DNA of 64,000 nucleotides from Candidatus Hydrogenedens terephthalaticus JGI OTU-1 (GTDB lineage Bacteria; Hydrogenedentota; Hydrogenedentia; Hydrogenedentales; Hydrogenedentaceae): NCBI GenBank assembly GCA_000493945.1, contig AWNW01000001.1, positions 51,055 to 115,054 of the forward strand, read 5' to 3'. Shown piece by piece: positions 31,161 to 40,587 of this stretch (position 1 is its first letter; each line of letters starts with the position of its first letter). The notes under the pieces were generated by a model. It saw only the letters and a program-made list of their open reading frames with translations, ran no database searches and was not told where the DNA came from. The position numbers and the translations under genes were made by a program.

Positions 31161-33140
31161 TTATTTTATACCTTTAATCTGCCCTTGGATAATAAAAAGG
31201 GGATAACCTTTTTTCAAAGGAAGATGTATGAATTTATCCTTACTATTTTCCATCAGGACTTCACCCATGAGATTTTGAACTATAACAGGGGATTCTGTAA
31301 CTTTAACTTTCAGGCATTTGTCCTCATTGGCAGACCAGAGAACCAGTATATTTCCTTGTTGAAAAGCAATGATATTTTCTCCAAAATCTTTACGAATTTG
31401 AATGCTTTTATCGGGTAGATTCCTGCAAATGTTTGCACAGGCTCTTAGTGCGGGTTTTTGGGAAAAATCCTGTCGTATGATGCCAAAATTAGATTCAAAA
31501 TAGAATGGGTCATCGCCATCGTTTCTAAAGTCATACCAACTGATATTTTGGACAGCACCTGAAGCAATAGCGGATAAATAACACCGTGCTAATAATAGGG
31601 CTTGTTCGCGTTCTGTTACCCCATCTCCCCATAAATGACTGCTCCAGCCCATTTCCGTAATCCATACGGGGCGATTTTGCACCTGCTGAGCGACGCGTTT
31701 CAATTCGTCCATAAATTTGATGTCATCGAGTTTCCGTCGGTAGGGATGAATAGTAAGTATGTCAAACGGAGTGTTTGCTTGTAGGCAGAAGTCAATGAAA
31801 TTGTTATCTATTCCAGCAGTGGAAATGGCTAAAACATGTGCTTCTGGGTCAGCCTTTTTAATAACTTCATAACATCTTTTTACCAGTTCAGGATATAGTT
31901 CTTTCGGTCCCTGCCAGAAAAAGATATTCGGTTCGTTGTAAATTTCCCAGTGTTTTACCCTGTCTTTGAAATGATTTACCGTTGCTTCTGCGTATTGAAC
32001 AAAATCTTCAATTCCTTTCATTGTATAAGGTTCTGTCCATGAAGCCCAGTAGCATAATATTCCATAGACACTGATACCATAGGATAAAGAAGTATTTACA
32101 ATGTTGTCATAATAATCGAAATTAAATTTTCCAGGTTCTGGTTCTATGATGTCCCAAACAAAATCTTCGCGTGTCCATTTAATACCTGCCTGACAGGCAA
32201 GTTGTGCTGCCTTTTCTCTGCTTTTCTGGTCCGAACCATACCGAAGAAAGTATAATCCCATACCCCATGGGGAATTGGGGTTTAAGGTTTTGTCTAACGG
32301 ATGCTCAATTTCTTTTGTATAGGTAGAATTGGCAAAAAATGTTTTGCCGTCATCTCTATTAAATGTCCAGTTTACTTCAACAAAATTTTTATTTGCAGAA
32401 ATGTCAATTGGAATTTCTAAATTTATAGTTTGGGCTGAGGGCGGGATAACTAATTTTTGGGTAGATGCGGATGTTATGTTTTGTTCCCAATCTTTTAATT
32501 GAATACATAAATTGCCAGAAACCTCCTTATCCAATAGATTAGTAAATGAACATGATGAATGTATTTTTTCATTATTGCCTTTATAGGTTCTGGAAACAAG
32601 AATACACTCTTGTTGAGGAGATATATTTGTTTCACATATAAAGGATTGAATTTGTAATTGCAGGATGTCGCTTGGACAGTTGGACTTATTAACTTGAAGT
32701 TTTATAAATCGCAATGGAGTTCGGACTTTTCCATCATTTTCACCGGAAAAGTATTCCCAGTTTTCGGGAGGTGCATTAAATTCAATTGTTTGCTCTCCAT
32801 ATTGTAAAGTGCCAATTTTCTTTTGAAAGAACTGAAAATGGGAGGCAAGTAATATCACTATTTCACTGCCTGAGGAGCTTGCCCAAAGTTTTAAGATAAA
32901 TTTTTGAGGTGTTCCGTAAATGGATAAAGAAGGATGATTAAAACTAACAGATGAATTCTTTGAAAAATCAATTTCCCAAATAGGGTTTTTAAAAGTGATA
33001 CCAGAGGAAGTGTGAATGGAGGGAGAGTTTGTTTGAAGATTTATAAATTCATATTGAATTGTTTGAACAGGTTCTTCTGCTGTGCATTTCCATAAGATAA
33101 CCAGCAATCCTAATGTAAAAGCAAGTTTTGTTCTTAACAT
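31161..33140 (-). CDS. secreted clan GH-A glycoside hydrolase (GH39/GH30/GH5-like TIM barrel) with an N-terminal beta-sandwich region
   Basis: Signal peptide. Catalytic acid/base context HWEIYNEPN and nucleophile context VWITEMGWS, typical of clan GH-A. Confidence 0.55.
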   Translation of the reverse strand: MLRTKLAFTLGLLVILWKCTAEEPVQTIQYEFINLQTNSPSIHTSSGITFKNPIWEIDFSKNSSVSFNHPSLSIYGTPQKFILKLWASSSGSEIVILLASHFQFFQKKIGTLQYGEQTIEFNAPPENWEYFSGENDGKVRTPLRFIKLQVNKSNCPSDILQLQIQSFICETNISPQQECILVSRTYKGNNEKIHSSCSFTNLLDKEVSGNLCIQLKDWEQNITSASTQKLVIPPSAQTINLEIPIDISANKNFVEVNWTFNRDDGKTFFANSTYTKEIEHPLDKTLNPNSPWGMGLYFLRYGSDQKSREKAAQLACQAGIKWTREDFVWDIIEPEPGKFNFDYYDNIVNTSLSYGISVYGILCYWASWTEPYTMKGIEDFVQYAEATVNHFKDRVKHWEIYNEPNIFFWQGPKELYPELVKRCYEVIKKADPEAHVLAISTAGIDNNFIDFCLQANTPFDILTIHPYRRKLDDIKFMDELKRVAQQVQNRPVWITEMGWSSHLWGDGVTEREQALLLARCYLSAIASGAVQNISWYDFRNDGDDPFYFESNFGIIRQDFSQKPALRACANICRNLPDKSIQIRKDFGENIIAFQQGNILVLWSANEDKCLKVKVTESPVIVQNLMGEVLMENSKDKFIHLPLKKGYPLFIIQGQIKGIK

Positions 33141-33207
33141 TCTTATATCCTTTTTATTTATAGAATATTATATTAACATATAAAAAAAGACTTTTCTAAT
33201 TTATTTG

Positions 33208-33332
33208 AGTTCCATATATATTGTTTTGTTCTTATTCATTACAAAAGAAATATATATCTATGGATAATTTATGAGAATATCTACATAAATTGTTGATTTT
33301 GAGTGATTATGTTTATAAAAGTGCAACGGCAA
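33208..33332. repeat. copy A of a ~125-130-bp intergenic repeat (about 90% identical to 39889-40021; a 48-bp core gaatatctacataaattgttgattttgagtgattatgtttataaaagt is identical)
   Basis: Direct-orientation repeat located in the divergent promoter region upstream of the 33494 gene. Confidence 0.8.
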
Positions 33333-33493
33333 TATTTTTAAAAAAGAAATAGCATTCGAGTTCCCAGGGCTAAAAAAGAATTTTTTAAACGATTTTGTCT
33401 CTTTAAGAATGGTATAAATGTTGATGTTTTAATGTATTATTTTAAAAGGATTTGTATCTTTGACAAAAATGGTTTTTACATAAGGAAAGAAAA

Positions 33494-34810
33494 ATGAAAA
33501 AAAAAGCATGTCTATTGTTGTTGTCAATTCCTTGCTGTTTATTAGTGTGGAGTGACTCAACATCGTTTTCGAAGATAAACAAGCAATGGGATTTCCGCTA
33601 TAAAGGGTTTGTTATTGGTGCGTGGTGGGGACCAGGGTCAAAGGATGTAGAACTTAAACTTTATAAAGAAGCAGGGTTTAATGTGGTAATGATAGGTAGA
33701 TATATGCAGATGGATGATTATGCAGATATTGAAAAATGTAAAAGAGAACTGGATTTAGCACAACAACATGGACTTTGGGTTATGTTTGACACTTATACCA
33801 TGAATGAACACCCTTGGGGAGGTAAAGCCTGGCAAGAACCCTACCCCGAAAAAACACACCATCCGGCAAGTTTGGAAGAACTCCAATTTTTATGTGAAAA
33901 AATTGGGAGACATCCAGCACTTTTAGGTTTTTTATTAGGAGATGACCAGGGAGAAGTTACGCTACGAACAAAAGACTGTACAGATTTTCTTTTCAAACAA
34001 TCAAAACCACATCTTATACCCTGGTTATGCGGATGGATACCACCTAAAAATCTGGCAGAGCATAATAATCCCATTTGTGACCCGCAAATATATCCACCCC
34101 TCAAAAAGTGGCATCTTTCTGCCGATAGATTAGCAGTAGAATATGTCTGCAATTACTTAAAATGGAGCAAGGAATGTAAAAAATACGGAATTCTTTTCTG
34201 GCCGATGTTTTATGTAGCTGGTTTGCCCGGGACAAAATTCAATTACTTTCCCAGCGACTCATTTATACGCTTTCCTGCGTATTTATCGCTGGCTTTTGGT
34301 GCCAAAGGAATCTGGTATTTCCACTATGGGGGTGGAAGTATTCGCACGGTAGAAGAACTTGAGACAGAAGATGCAGTAAAAAGTAGCGGATTATCTCCAG
34401 TTTATGAAGTGGTAAAAGAGATTAACAATCGTATATCTTCATGGGGAGATATGGTTATTGATAAGGAGTATACGGAAATATATGGTACTGCCTTTAGAGA
34501 GATCCCGAGAATGCAAATGATAAAAGAACTCCAAAAGCCAGGAAGAGGCAAAATTATTGAAGGAATGGATGAGGATTTGATTGTAGGAATTTTGGAAAAG
34601 AAAGGGAAACCATCGCTTGCTATGGTAATAAATTGCCAGGTGAGTAAAGAATGGAATGCTGTCCCATACCGCGAGGTAGTTATTTATTTCTCACAACGAG
34701 TAAAAAAAGTAAAAATATGGGATGGTGACAAAACAAAAGAGATTGAGGACAACGAAGTAAAATTTGACATTACCCCAGGTAGCGGTCAGTTAATAGAAAT
34801 ATTTAAGTAA
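33494..34810 (+). CDS. hypothetical secreted protein, possibly a glycoside-hydrolase-like TIM barrel
   Basis: Signal peptide. The N-terminal region GFVIGAWWGPG...FNVVMIG...LDLAQQHGLWVMFD resembles GH42/GHL-type barrels, but no catalytic motifs could be verified. Confidence 0.3.
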   Translation: MKKKACLLLLSIPCCLLVWSDSTSFSKINKQWDFRYKGFVIGAWWGPGSKDVELKLYKEAGFNVVMIGRYMQMDDYADIEKCKRELDLAQQHGLWVMFDTYTMNEHPWGGKAWQEPYPEKTHHPASLEELQFLCEKIGRHPALLGFLLGDDQGEVTLRTKDCTDFLFKQSKPHLIPWLCGWIPPKNLAEHNNPICDPQIYPPLKKWHLSADRLAVEYVCNYLKWSKECKKYGILFWPMFYVAGLPGTKFNYFPSDSFIRFPAYLSLAFGAKGIWYFHYGGGSIRTVEELETEDAVKSSGLSPVYEVVKEINNRISSWGDMVIDKEYTEIYGTAFREIPRMQMIKELQKPGRGKIIEGMDEDLIVGILEKKGKPSLAMVINCQVSKEWNAVPYREVVIYFSQRVKKVKIWDGDKTKEIEDNEVKFDITPGSGQLIEIFK

Positions 34811-34878
34811 TTATAAGATATAATCCATAAACAGGATAGGAGAATATGTATAAAAGATAAGAGAATGGAGGTATTAAG

Positions 34879-36180
34879 ATGGGGCAAGATAAGAAATGGT
34901 TTCTTGGGGTTTCTTCTGTGGATATTACACCACCTGTGGGATTGTGGATGTCGGGTTATGCTTTGCGAGATAAACCTGCAGAATCAGCGTTACATCCACT
35001 CTGGGTAAAAGCCCTTGCTCTACAGGATATACAAGGAACATTAGCGGTAATTGTAGGTTGCGATATTATAGGTTTTCCGCGGGAAGTTTCAGAGAGAATT
35101 AAAAGCAGGGTAATGCATGAACTTAAAATTCCTCCAGAGAGAGTTTTATTAAATAGTTCTCATACCCATTCAGGACCTGTAATAGAAAAATCATTAGTAA
35201 ATATATATCCACTTGATGGAACTGACCAGTTGGAAAAAATAAAAAATTACACAGCGAGATTAGAAGAGAAAGTGTTCCAATCTATTCGAGAATCAGTGTC
35301 AAAATTAACACCTGCTAACCTCTATTATGGAAAAGGTATTGCTCGATTTGCAGTTAACAGACGCAATAACAAGGCAAGTGAGATAGAAAGTTCGTATGAA
35401 TTCAAGGGACCTGTTGACTACAATGTTCCTGTCCTTTTTGCCAAATCAGTAGAGGGTAATTCTATAATAACCCTTGTTTGTAGTTATGCATGTCATGGTA
35501 CGGTGCTTGCAGATTATTATTGGTGTGGAGATTATCCAGGGTTTGCTCAGATAGAATTGCAGAATATGTATCCAGGCTCAGTATCTATTTTTTTAGCGGG
35601 TTGTGGAGCAGATATAGACCCCATGCCACGACTAAAACTATCATTAGCCAGACAATATGGAAAGGAATTAGCCTGTGCTGTTGAGAGTGTGGTAGACAAT
35701 AATGCTCAGGAAGTATCGTCTTATTTATCAACAAGTTTAGAAATGGTAACGCTTGAATTGGAACAGCCTATTCGTAAAGAGGAATTGGAACAAATTGCAA
35801 ATGACCCTACTCAGGTAGATTACAAGTTTAGGTCAGCAAGGTATCTGTTGCGGGAGTTATCTGAAGGTAAATCTTTCCCTACTTCTTATGACTATCCTGT
35901 ACAGGTGTGGAATTTAGGAGGTATTCCGCTTGTGGCTTTAGGTGGAGAGGTTGTTGTAGATTATGCGAAATTCATTAAACAGATGTTTGGAAATAATGTA
36001 ATTGTATTGGGATATTCGAACGATGTGATGAGTTATATTCCTTCTGTGAGAGTCCTTCACGAAGGGGGGTATGAGGGCGGAGATTTCCAGATTGGATATG
36101 GTTTACCTGCAAAGTGGAAAGAATCTATTGAAGAAGTGATCCTATCAACAGTAGAAAAACTCTGGTTAGAAGTGAAGTAG
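34879..36180 (+). CDS. neutral/alkaline ceramidase-like family protein
   Basis: N-terminus VDITPPVGLWMSGY...LWVKALAL...NSSHTHSGP matches the neutral ceramidase N-terminal domain pattern. A paralog is at 60035-61441. Confidence 0.5.
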   Translation: MGQDKKWFLGVSSVDITPPVGLWMSGYALRDKPAESALHPLWVKALALQDIQGTLAVIVGCDIIGFPREVSERIKSRVMHELKIPPERVLLNSSHTHSGPVIEKSLVNIYPLDGTDQLEKIKNYTARLEEKVFQSIRESVSKLTPANLYYGKGIARFAVNRRNNKASEIESSYEFKGPVDYNVPVLFAKSVEGNSIITLVCSYACHGTVLADYYWCGDYPGFAQIELQNMYPGSVSIFLAGCGADIDPMPRLKLSLARQYGKELACAVESVVDNNAQEVSSYLSTSLEMVTLELEQPIRKEELEQIANDPTQVDYKFRSARYLLRELSEGKSFPTSYDYPVQVWNLGGIPLVALGGEVVVDYAKFIKQMFGNNVIVLGYSNDVMSYIPSVRVLHEGGYEGGDFQIGYGLPAKWKESIEEVILSTVEKLWLEVK

Positions 36181-36780
36181 TTAGGTAACGCTTTTGTGTT
36201 TGTATAAAAAATAGAATACATATTTTATCTATTTGCTTTTGTATATCTTGTATGTATTAGAAAATCGTAAAGTTGTTCTTTATTGAGATTTTGAAATAAA
36301 CATCTAATCTCAAAAACTATAATACATAGGAAAGACTTCGCTGTTGTGTTGGTTGACTTTAAGTAGTTCGATATATAAAAGAATATTCAGAATATACAGG
36401 GAAAAATAGGAAATCAAGAAAGAGGGAACTATTTATAAAAAAATAACTTAATAATTTATAGAATTATAAATAAAAGAAGAAAAATAAAGGATGTGTTTGG
36501 CATGTTCTTTATTATACTTATTTATGTGTTTTTATTCGCATTGTGGTGTTTTCGCACATCTTTTTCAAAAATTCATGGATTATCTATGTTTTTTAGTTTT
36601 TTAAACTATTATTGAAAAAATAAAGATGGTCTTGAAAGAAAAACAAAATTATGCTATAAAAAATATAAAAAAAATGAGAACTTTTTTAAGTATCAATATA
36701 GTAAAAAAACACAATGTGAGACTTTCTTACTAATGAAAGTGAGATACAATATTTAACAATGTATACATGGAGAAAGATTT

Positions 36781-38403
36781 ATGTCAAAATTGTCCTCTCG
36801 TATAATCGGGGTGATGATAATTTGTAGTTTTGAATTTTATACTTTCTCAGTGGAGAATAATTGTTTACAGGGATTTAATAATGAGCATCAAAAAGTATAT
36901 AAAAATTTAATCGAGAGTTTGTCCTTGAATAATTTTTTTGATATAAATTCTGGAATATTGAAGACATGGAAAGAAATAAAAAGTATACTTATTCTGGATA
37001 GTGAATCACGGGGAATATTTAGAAGGAAATTGGAAGAACTAATACAGCAGAAATCGGACCAGAGTTTGGATTGTCTCATAGCAAAGTTTATATTAACTGA
37101 GTTAGATATTTTTGAATGGCGAAGCGATGAATTATATAAGCGGGTATCGGAACTTTTGGAGATAGGGATACTACCTCCCCTGCCAGCATTATGTTCGTGG
37201 CGGGAAACCCTTTTTCAAGAGGCGGTAAAATATTTCATTAAGATTGGTAATTATGATTATGCACGTAAATTGATAGCACTACAGATAAAAAAATTTCCAG
37301 ATTCATCTATCCAAAAAGATGTGGAAGAACAATTACAACGATTAAATGTTTCACCAACACAATATTCACTAAGTCTGATTGGTTCAACAGATATAAATAA
37401 AGAATATTCCCGCCTTATTTATTATGACACTATTTTGCAACATATCAGAGATGAAGCATTAAAAACAGCCTTTATTGAAGAAATAAAGAAGTTTATTCAT
37501 AAGAAAAAAATTAATGAGAATTTAGATGTTTATAAGGAATTCGAATTTGCTCCAGAGGTATTAACCTTAGAATGGTACATCTCCATGGTTAAAAAAATTA
37601 AAGAGTCAAAGCGAGCCTTTTCAGAACCATTTGTTGTTGAAGAATTAGCAAAGGAATGGGACCAAGCAGATAAACAAGATGTCTGGGATAGAAGGCGATT
37701 GTTATATGAGTTTATACTGGATGTTTATGATGATTATTTCCAAATTGTGATAAATCCAGAAATAGAAGAGCGTGTAGTTCGACTTCTTGTTGGGGAATGG
37801 CAAATATTAAATTGGGGATATGACCCGTTATATCGTAAAGAAGATGATAAAACAGGAAATTATGAGTTATTATGCAAATTATATGATAAAAGTTTAGAAG
37901 AATATGGGCGTGTTTGGAGAGATGAATGGGCATATCATTCCTCAATTGAATGTCCCGGTTTAGATAACGAAGGTGATGAGGAAAAGAATCTCTGTCGTTT
38001 TGCTTTTTTATCATTTAATCCGAAATTGTTTGATTACTATTGCTGTGAGGCATGGAGAAGAGAACCTTATAATATTCTATTTCTTTCCTCTGCCGACCCA
38101 GAAAAAACTTTAAAATTGATTTTGTATGATTTTATACATCCCAAAGGGGATAAATCAGATGACGAAATACAGGCTTTATTAAAAAAGAGATTTCATGGAA
38201 CATATAACATAGAAAAATTGGTTAAAATCTTACAGGTGATTTGTAAAACAAGTCCAGAATTAGCCACTCAATATCGAAGCGAAATAATTGAGTTCCTCAG
38301 TGCAAATAAGAAGCAGGATTGTATCCAGTCATTGGGATTAGATAATGAAACTCAAGATGTAGAGAATACGGATATTAGTCAGGAAAAGAAAGATGACAAA
38401 TAA
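36781..38403 (+). CDS. hypothetical protein (no recognisable domain) in an AT-rich block
   Basis: 540 aa, Cys- and Trp-containing, hydrophobic N-terminus. It is preceded by about 600 bp of very AT-rich non-coding DNA. Confidence 0.4.
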   Translation: MSKLSSRIIGVMIICSFEFYTFSVENNCLQGFNNEHQKVYKNLIESLSLNNFFDINSGILKTWKEIKSILILDSESRGIFRRKLEELIQQKSDQSLDCLIAKFILTELDIFEWRSDELYKRVSELLEIGILPPLPALCSWRETLFQEAVKYFIKIGNYDYARKLIALQIKKFPDSSIQKDVEEQLQRLNVSPTQYSLSLIGSTDINKEYSRLIYYDTILQHIRDEALKTAFIEEIKKFIHKKKINENLDVYKEFEFAPEVLTLEWYISMVKKIKESKRAFSEPFVVEELAKEWDQADKQDVWDRRRLLYEFILDVYDDYFQIVINPEIEERVVRLLVGEWQILNWGYDPLYRKEDDKTGNYELLCKLYDKSLEEYGRVWRDEWAYHSSIECPGLDNEGDEEKNLCRFAFLSFNPKLFDYYCCEAWRREPYNILFLSSADPEKTLKLILYDFIHPKGDKSDDEIQALLKKRFHGTYNIEKLVKILQVICKTSPELATQYRSEIIEFLSANKKQDCIQSLGLDNETQDVENTDISQEKKDDK

Positions 38404-38435
38404 CAAACCTTAAAAAAGGACATTCAGAGGGAAAA

Positions 38436-39695
38436 ATGAGCAAGATAAACTTATTCAAAAAATTTGTGCCATTTATAATGGTATTTGCAACTTTACACTC
38501 CTCGATTAACGCCTTTGATACAATGAGGGAAATAGGTTATTGGAAAAAAATAAGCCAGCATATAGGGCAAGGATCTATTCAAAAGATAGAAGATAATAAA
38601 GTAATTGAACAGCTCATAGACGAAACAAATAAAATTTACGAGAAATCAAAATCCTTCGATTTAACCATGGTTTTTTTGATAGAGAATATTGGGAAATGCT
38701 TATCATCCGTCCAAGTATCATTAAACTGGGACACTGTAAAATTAACAGTATATGCGACCCCTGAATTAGGAAGGGCTGTGTTAGAACTTTTTGAAAAAAA
38801 CTACCTGAATTATTCAACGAATAAAAAATCTGAGTTATATCAGAAAATACTTAATAAACAAATAGAAAGAGGTGTTAACTTATCATCTGATGCAAAAAAC
38901 AACCAATCCGAAAGAGAAAATGAGTTTAAACTTTGTGAGGAATTGTTTGAAGGAGAGGAGACAGATTTATGTAAAGTAAAAGTTTCTTACGGGTATTATA
39001 GGTATTTTTTTCCTGAATATTGTGTTTTCGTACCGGAATTTTATGACTATTTATGGTACATGGGTTGGCATGGACCGATAAGAAGTGGGATTTGCCTCCA
39101 GGATTATGACCTTGCTCATATTGCCCTTGTTTCTCCAGATAAATTCATTGATGATGTAAACCGCAGCCAATTAGAAGACATAGGAAATGCTAATGAAAAA
39201 AATATCTTTTTAGCTAAAATCCCATGTTATATATCTAGAAGTCGCGGTGAAAAGTTTTTGCTTTCCCGAGTTTTCCATGCCTATGACTATTTGTTAGAAC
39301 TTAATCCACAGGTAGTTGAAAAGAGAAAAGAAGATATAAAGAAAGGTGTATTGAAACATGTTATAAAGTTTATTGCTGCAAGCGATAAATTTTATTCGAC
39401 ATATCCTTGGCGTAAAAGTAAGGGGGGATATTATCTGCTATATGAGTTTCTTTATGCCGATTTAAAATATCGTGAACAGCTCCTGAATTTATATGAGAAA
39501 TTAGGGACAAAAGAAGATATTTCAAATCTAAATAAATTAAAGGAAAATTTTTTAAACCTACCGGTTTGGGATGAACAAGATGCCTATGGAAAAAGTTTGA
39601 GAAATACCTGCATATTTATGCAAGACCAATTTAAACAAAAAGTAGACCAACTTATTGAAAAAATAAATGCAACAGATAACACCATACAGAGATAA
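38436..39695 (+). CDS. hypothetical secreted protein (no recognisable domain)
   Basis: N-terminal signal peptide MSKINLFKKFVPFIMVFATLHSSINAF. 419 aa. It is tightly linked to the upstream hypothetical gene. Confidence 0.4.
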   Translation: MSKINLFKKFVPFIMVFATLHSSINAFDTMREIGYWKKISQHIGQGSIQKIEDNKVIEQLIDETNKIYEKSKSFDLTMVFLIENIGKCLSSVQVSLNWDTVKLTVYATPELGRAVLELFEKNYLNYSTNKKSELYQKILNKQIERGVNLSSDAKNNQSERENEFKLCEELFEGEETDLCKVKVSYGYYRYFFPEYCVFVPEFYDYLWYMGWHGPIRSGICLQDYDLAHIALVSPDKFIDDVNRSQLEDIGNANEKNIFLAKIPCYISRSRGEKFLLSRVFHAYDYLLELNPQVVEKRKEDIKKGVLKHVIKFIAASDKFYSTYPWRKSKGGYYLLYEFLYADLKYREQLLNLYEKLGTKEDISNLNKLKENFLNLPVWDEQDAYGKSLRNTCIFMQDQFKQKVDQLIEKINATDNTIQR

Positions 39696-39888
39696 ATAAG
39701 CCCCGTAAACACTTATTGTCCAAACAAGAAAAGACTAATTGGTAAATAGTAAGGAAGATCGGAGGAGTGGAGGAATTGTGTGAATATATAACGAAGGAAC
39801 GGGAGATGATGTGTAAAAATCTAAATTTTTTCAATCCCCTCTTTATTTATTAGCATAATGTAAACCGTTAAATACAGAATTTTTCTTT

Positions 39889-40021
39889 AAGTTCCATACA
39901 TAGATGTTGTTTTTTTTCTTATTCGTTACAAAAAAGAAGTATATATCTATGATAATTTATGGGAATATCTACATAAATTGTTGATTTTGAGTGATTATGT
40001 TTATAAAAGTTCAATGGCATG
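39889..40021. repeat. copy B of the ~130-bp intergenic repeat
   Basis: See 33208-33332. This copy lies upstream of the two small peptide genes. Confidence 0.8.
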
Positions 40022-40254
40022 ATTTTTGCAAATAAAAAGAGGACAATTAAATTATTTGCAATTGTAAAATAAATAATTAGAAATCATATATTTTTTGAAT
40101 TTTTATTTAAAAATATTTTTTGAGTTTTGTATAATCATTTTGTATAATTAAGTAACGATTAATGGTTTTGTTTGTAATAGTTGTAAAAAATATATAACTC
40201 CAATGTGCGGGGTTATATTGCTTATAACAAATAACAACATGAAAGGAGTTAGTA

Positions 40255-40362
40255 ATGATTTTAGCAGACATCCTTAACATCATTGTCAGTGTAATTGTAA
40301 AGTATTTAGCTGGTTGGCTTACCGAACAGTTGTTAGCACTTTTCGGCATAACATCAGCCTAA
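40255..40362 (+). CDS. small leaderless amphipathic/hydrophobic peptide (35 aa), PSM / delta-lysin / leaderless-bacteriocin-like
   Basis: ATG preceded by AAAGGAG 8 nt upstream. Product MILADILNIIVSVIVKYLAGWLTEQLLALFGITSA. It is below the ORF-track length cutoff. Confidence 0.35.
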   Translation: MILADILNIIVSVIVKYLAGWLTEQLLALFGITSA

Positions 40363-40388
40363 ACAACTAACTGAAGGAGGGTAAAAGT

Positions 40389-40511
40389 ATGGATTTTAAT
40401 TTAATATTAAAAGACATCATTGTTAAAGTAGTTGATTATTTAGTAGGCTTTGTAAGCAAAATCATAACGGATTTCTTTTCTGCATTGACAGGGAAAGAGC
40501 CTGTAGATTAA
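40389..40511 (+). CDS. small leaderless amphipathic peptide (40 aa), paralog of the preceding peptide
   Basis: ATG preceded by GAAGGAGG. Product MDFNLILKDIIVKVVDYLVGFVSKIITDFFSALTGKEPVD. It aligns with the upstream peptide (DI.I..V..YL.G.....I...F.AL.G) and resembles staphylococcal PSM/delta-toxin in composition. Confidence 0.35.
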   Translation: MDFNLILKDIIVKVVDYLVGFVSKIITDFFSALTGKEPVD

Positions 40512-40587
40512 TTAATTGAAAAGTTTATAAATAGCACATGGTGGAAAAATCCACTGTGTGCTATTTTTTAAATTTAAAGGGATTTTT

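Noticed and set aside
40107-40349. 80-aa minus-strand ORF overlapping the first small-peptide gene
   Set aside because: It has no ribosome-binding site and low-complexity AT-driven composition, and it is antisense to two plus-strand ORFs with strong ribosome-binding sites.
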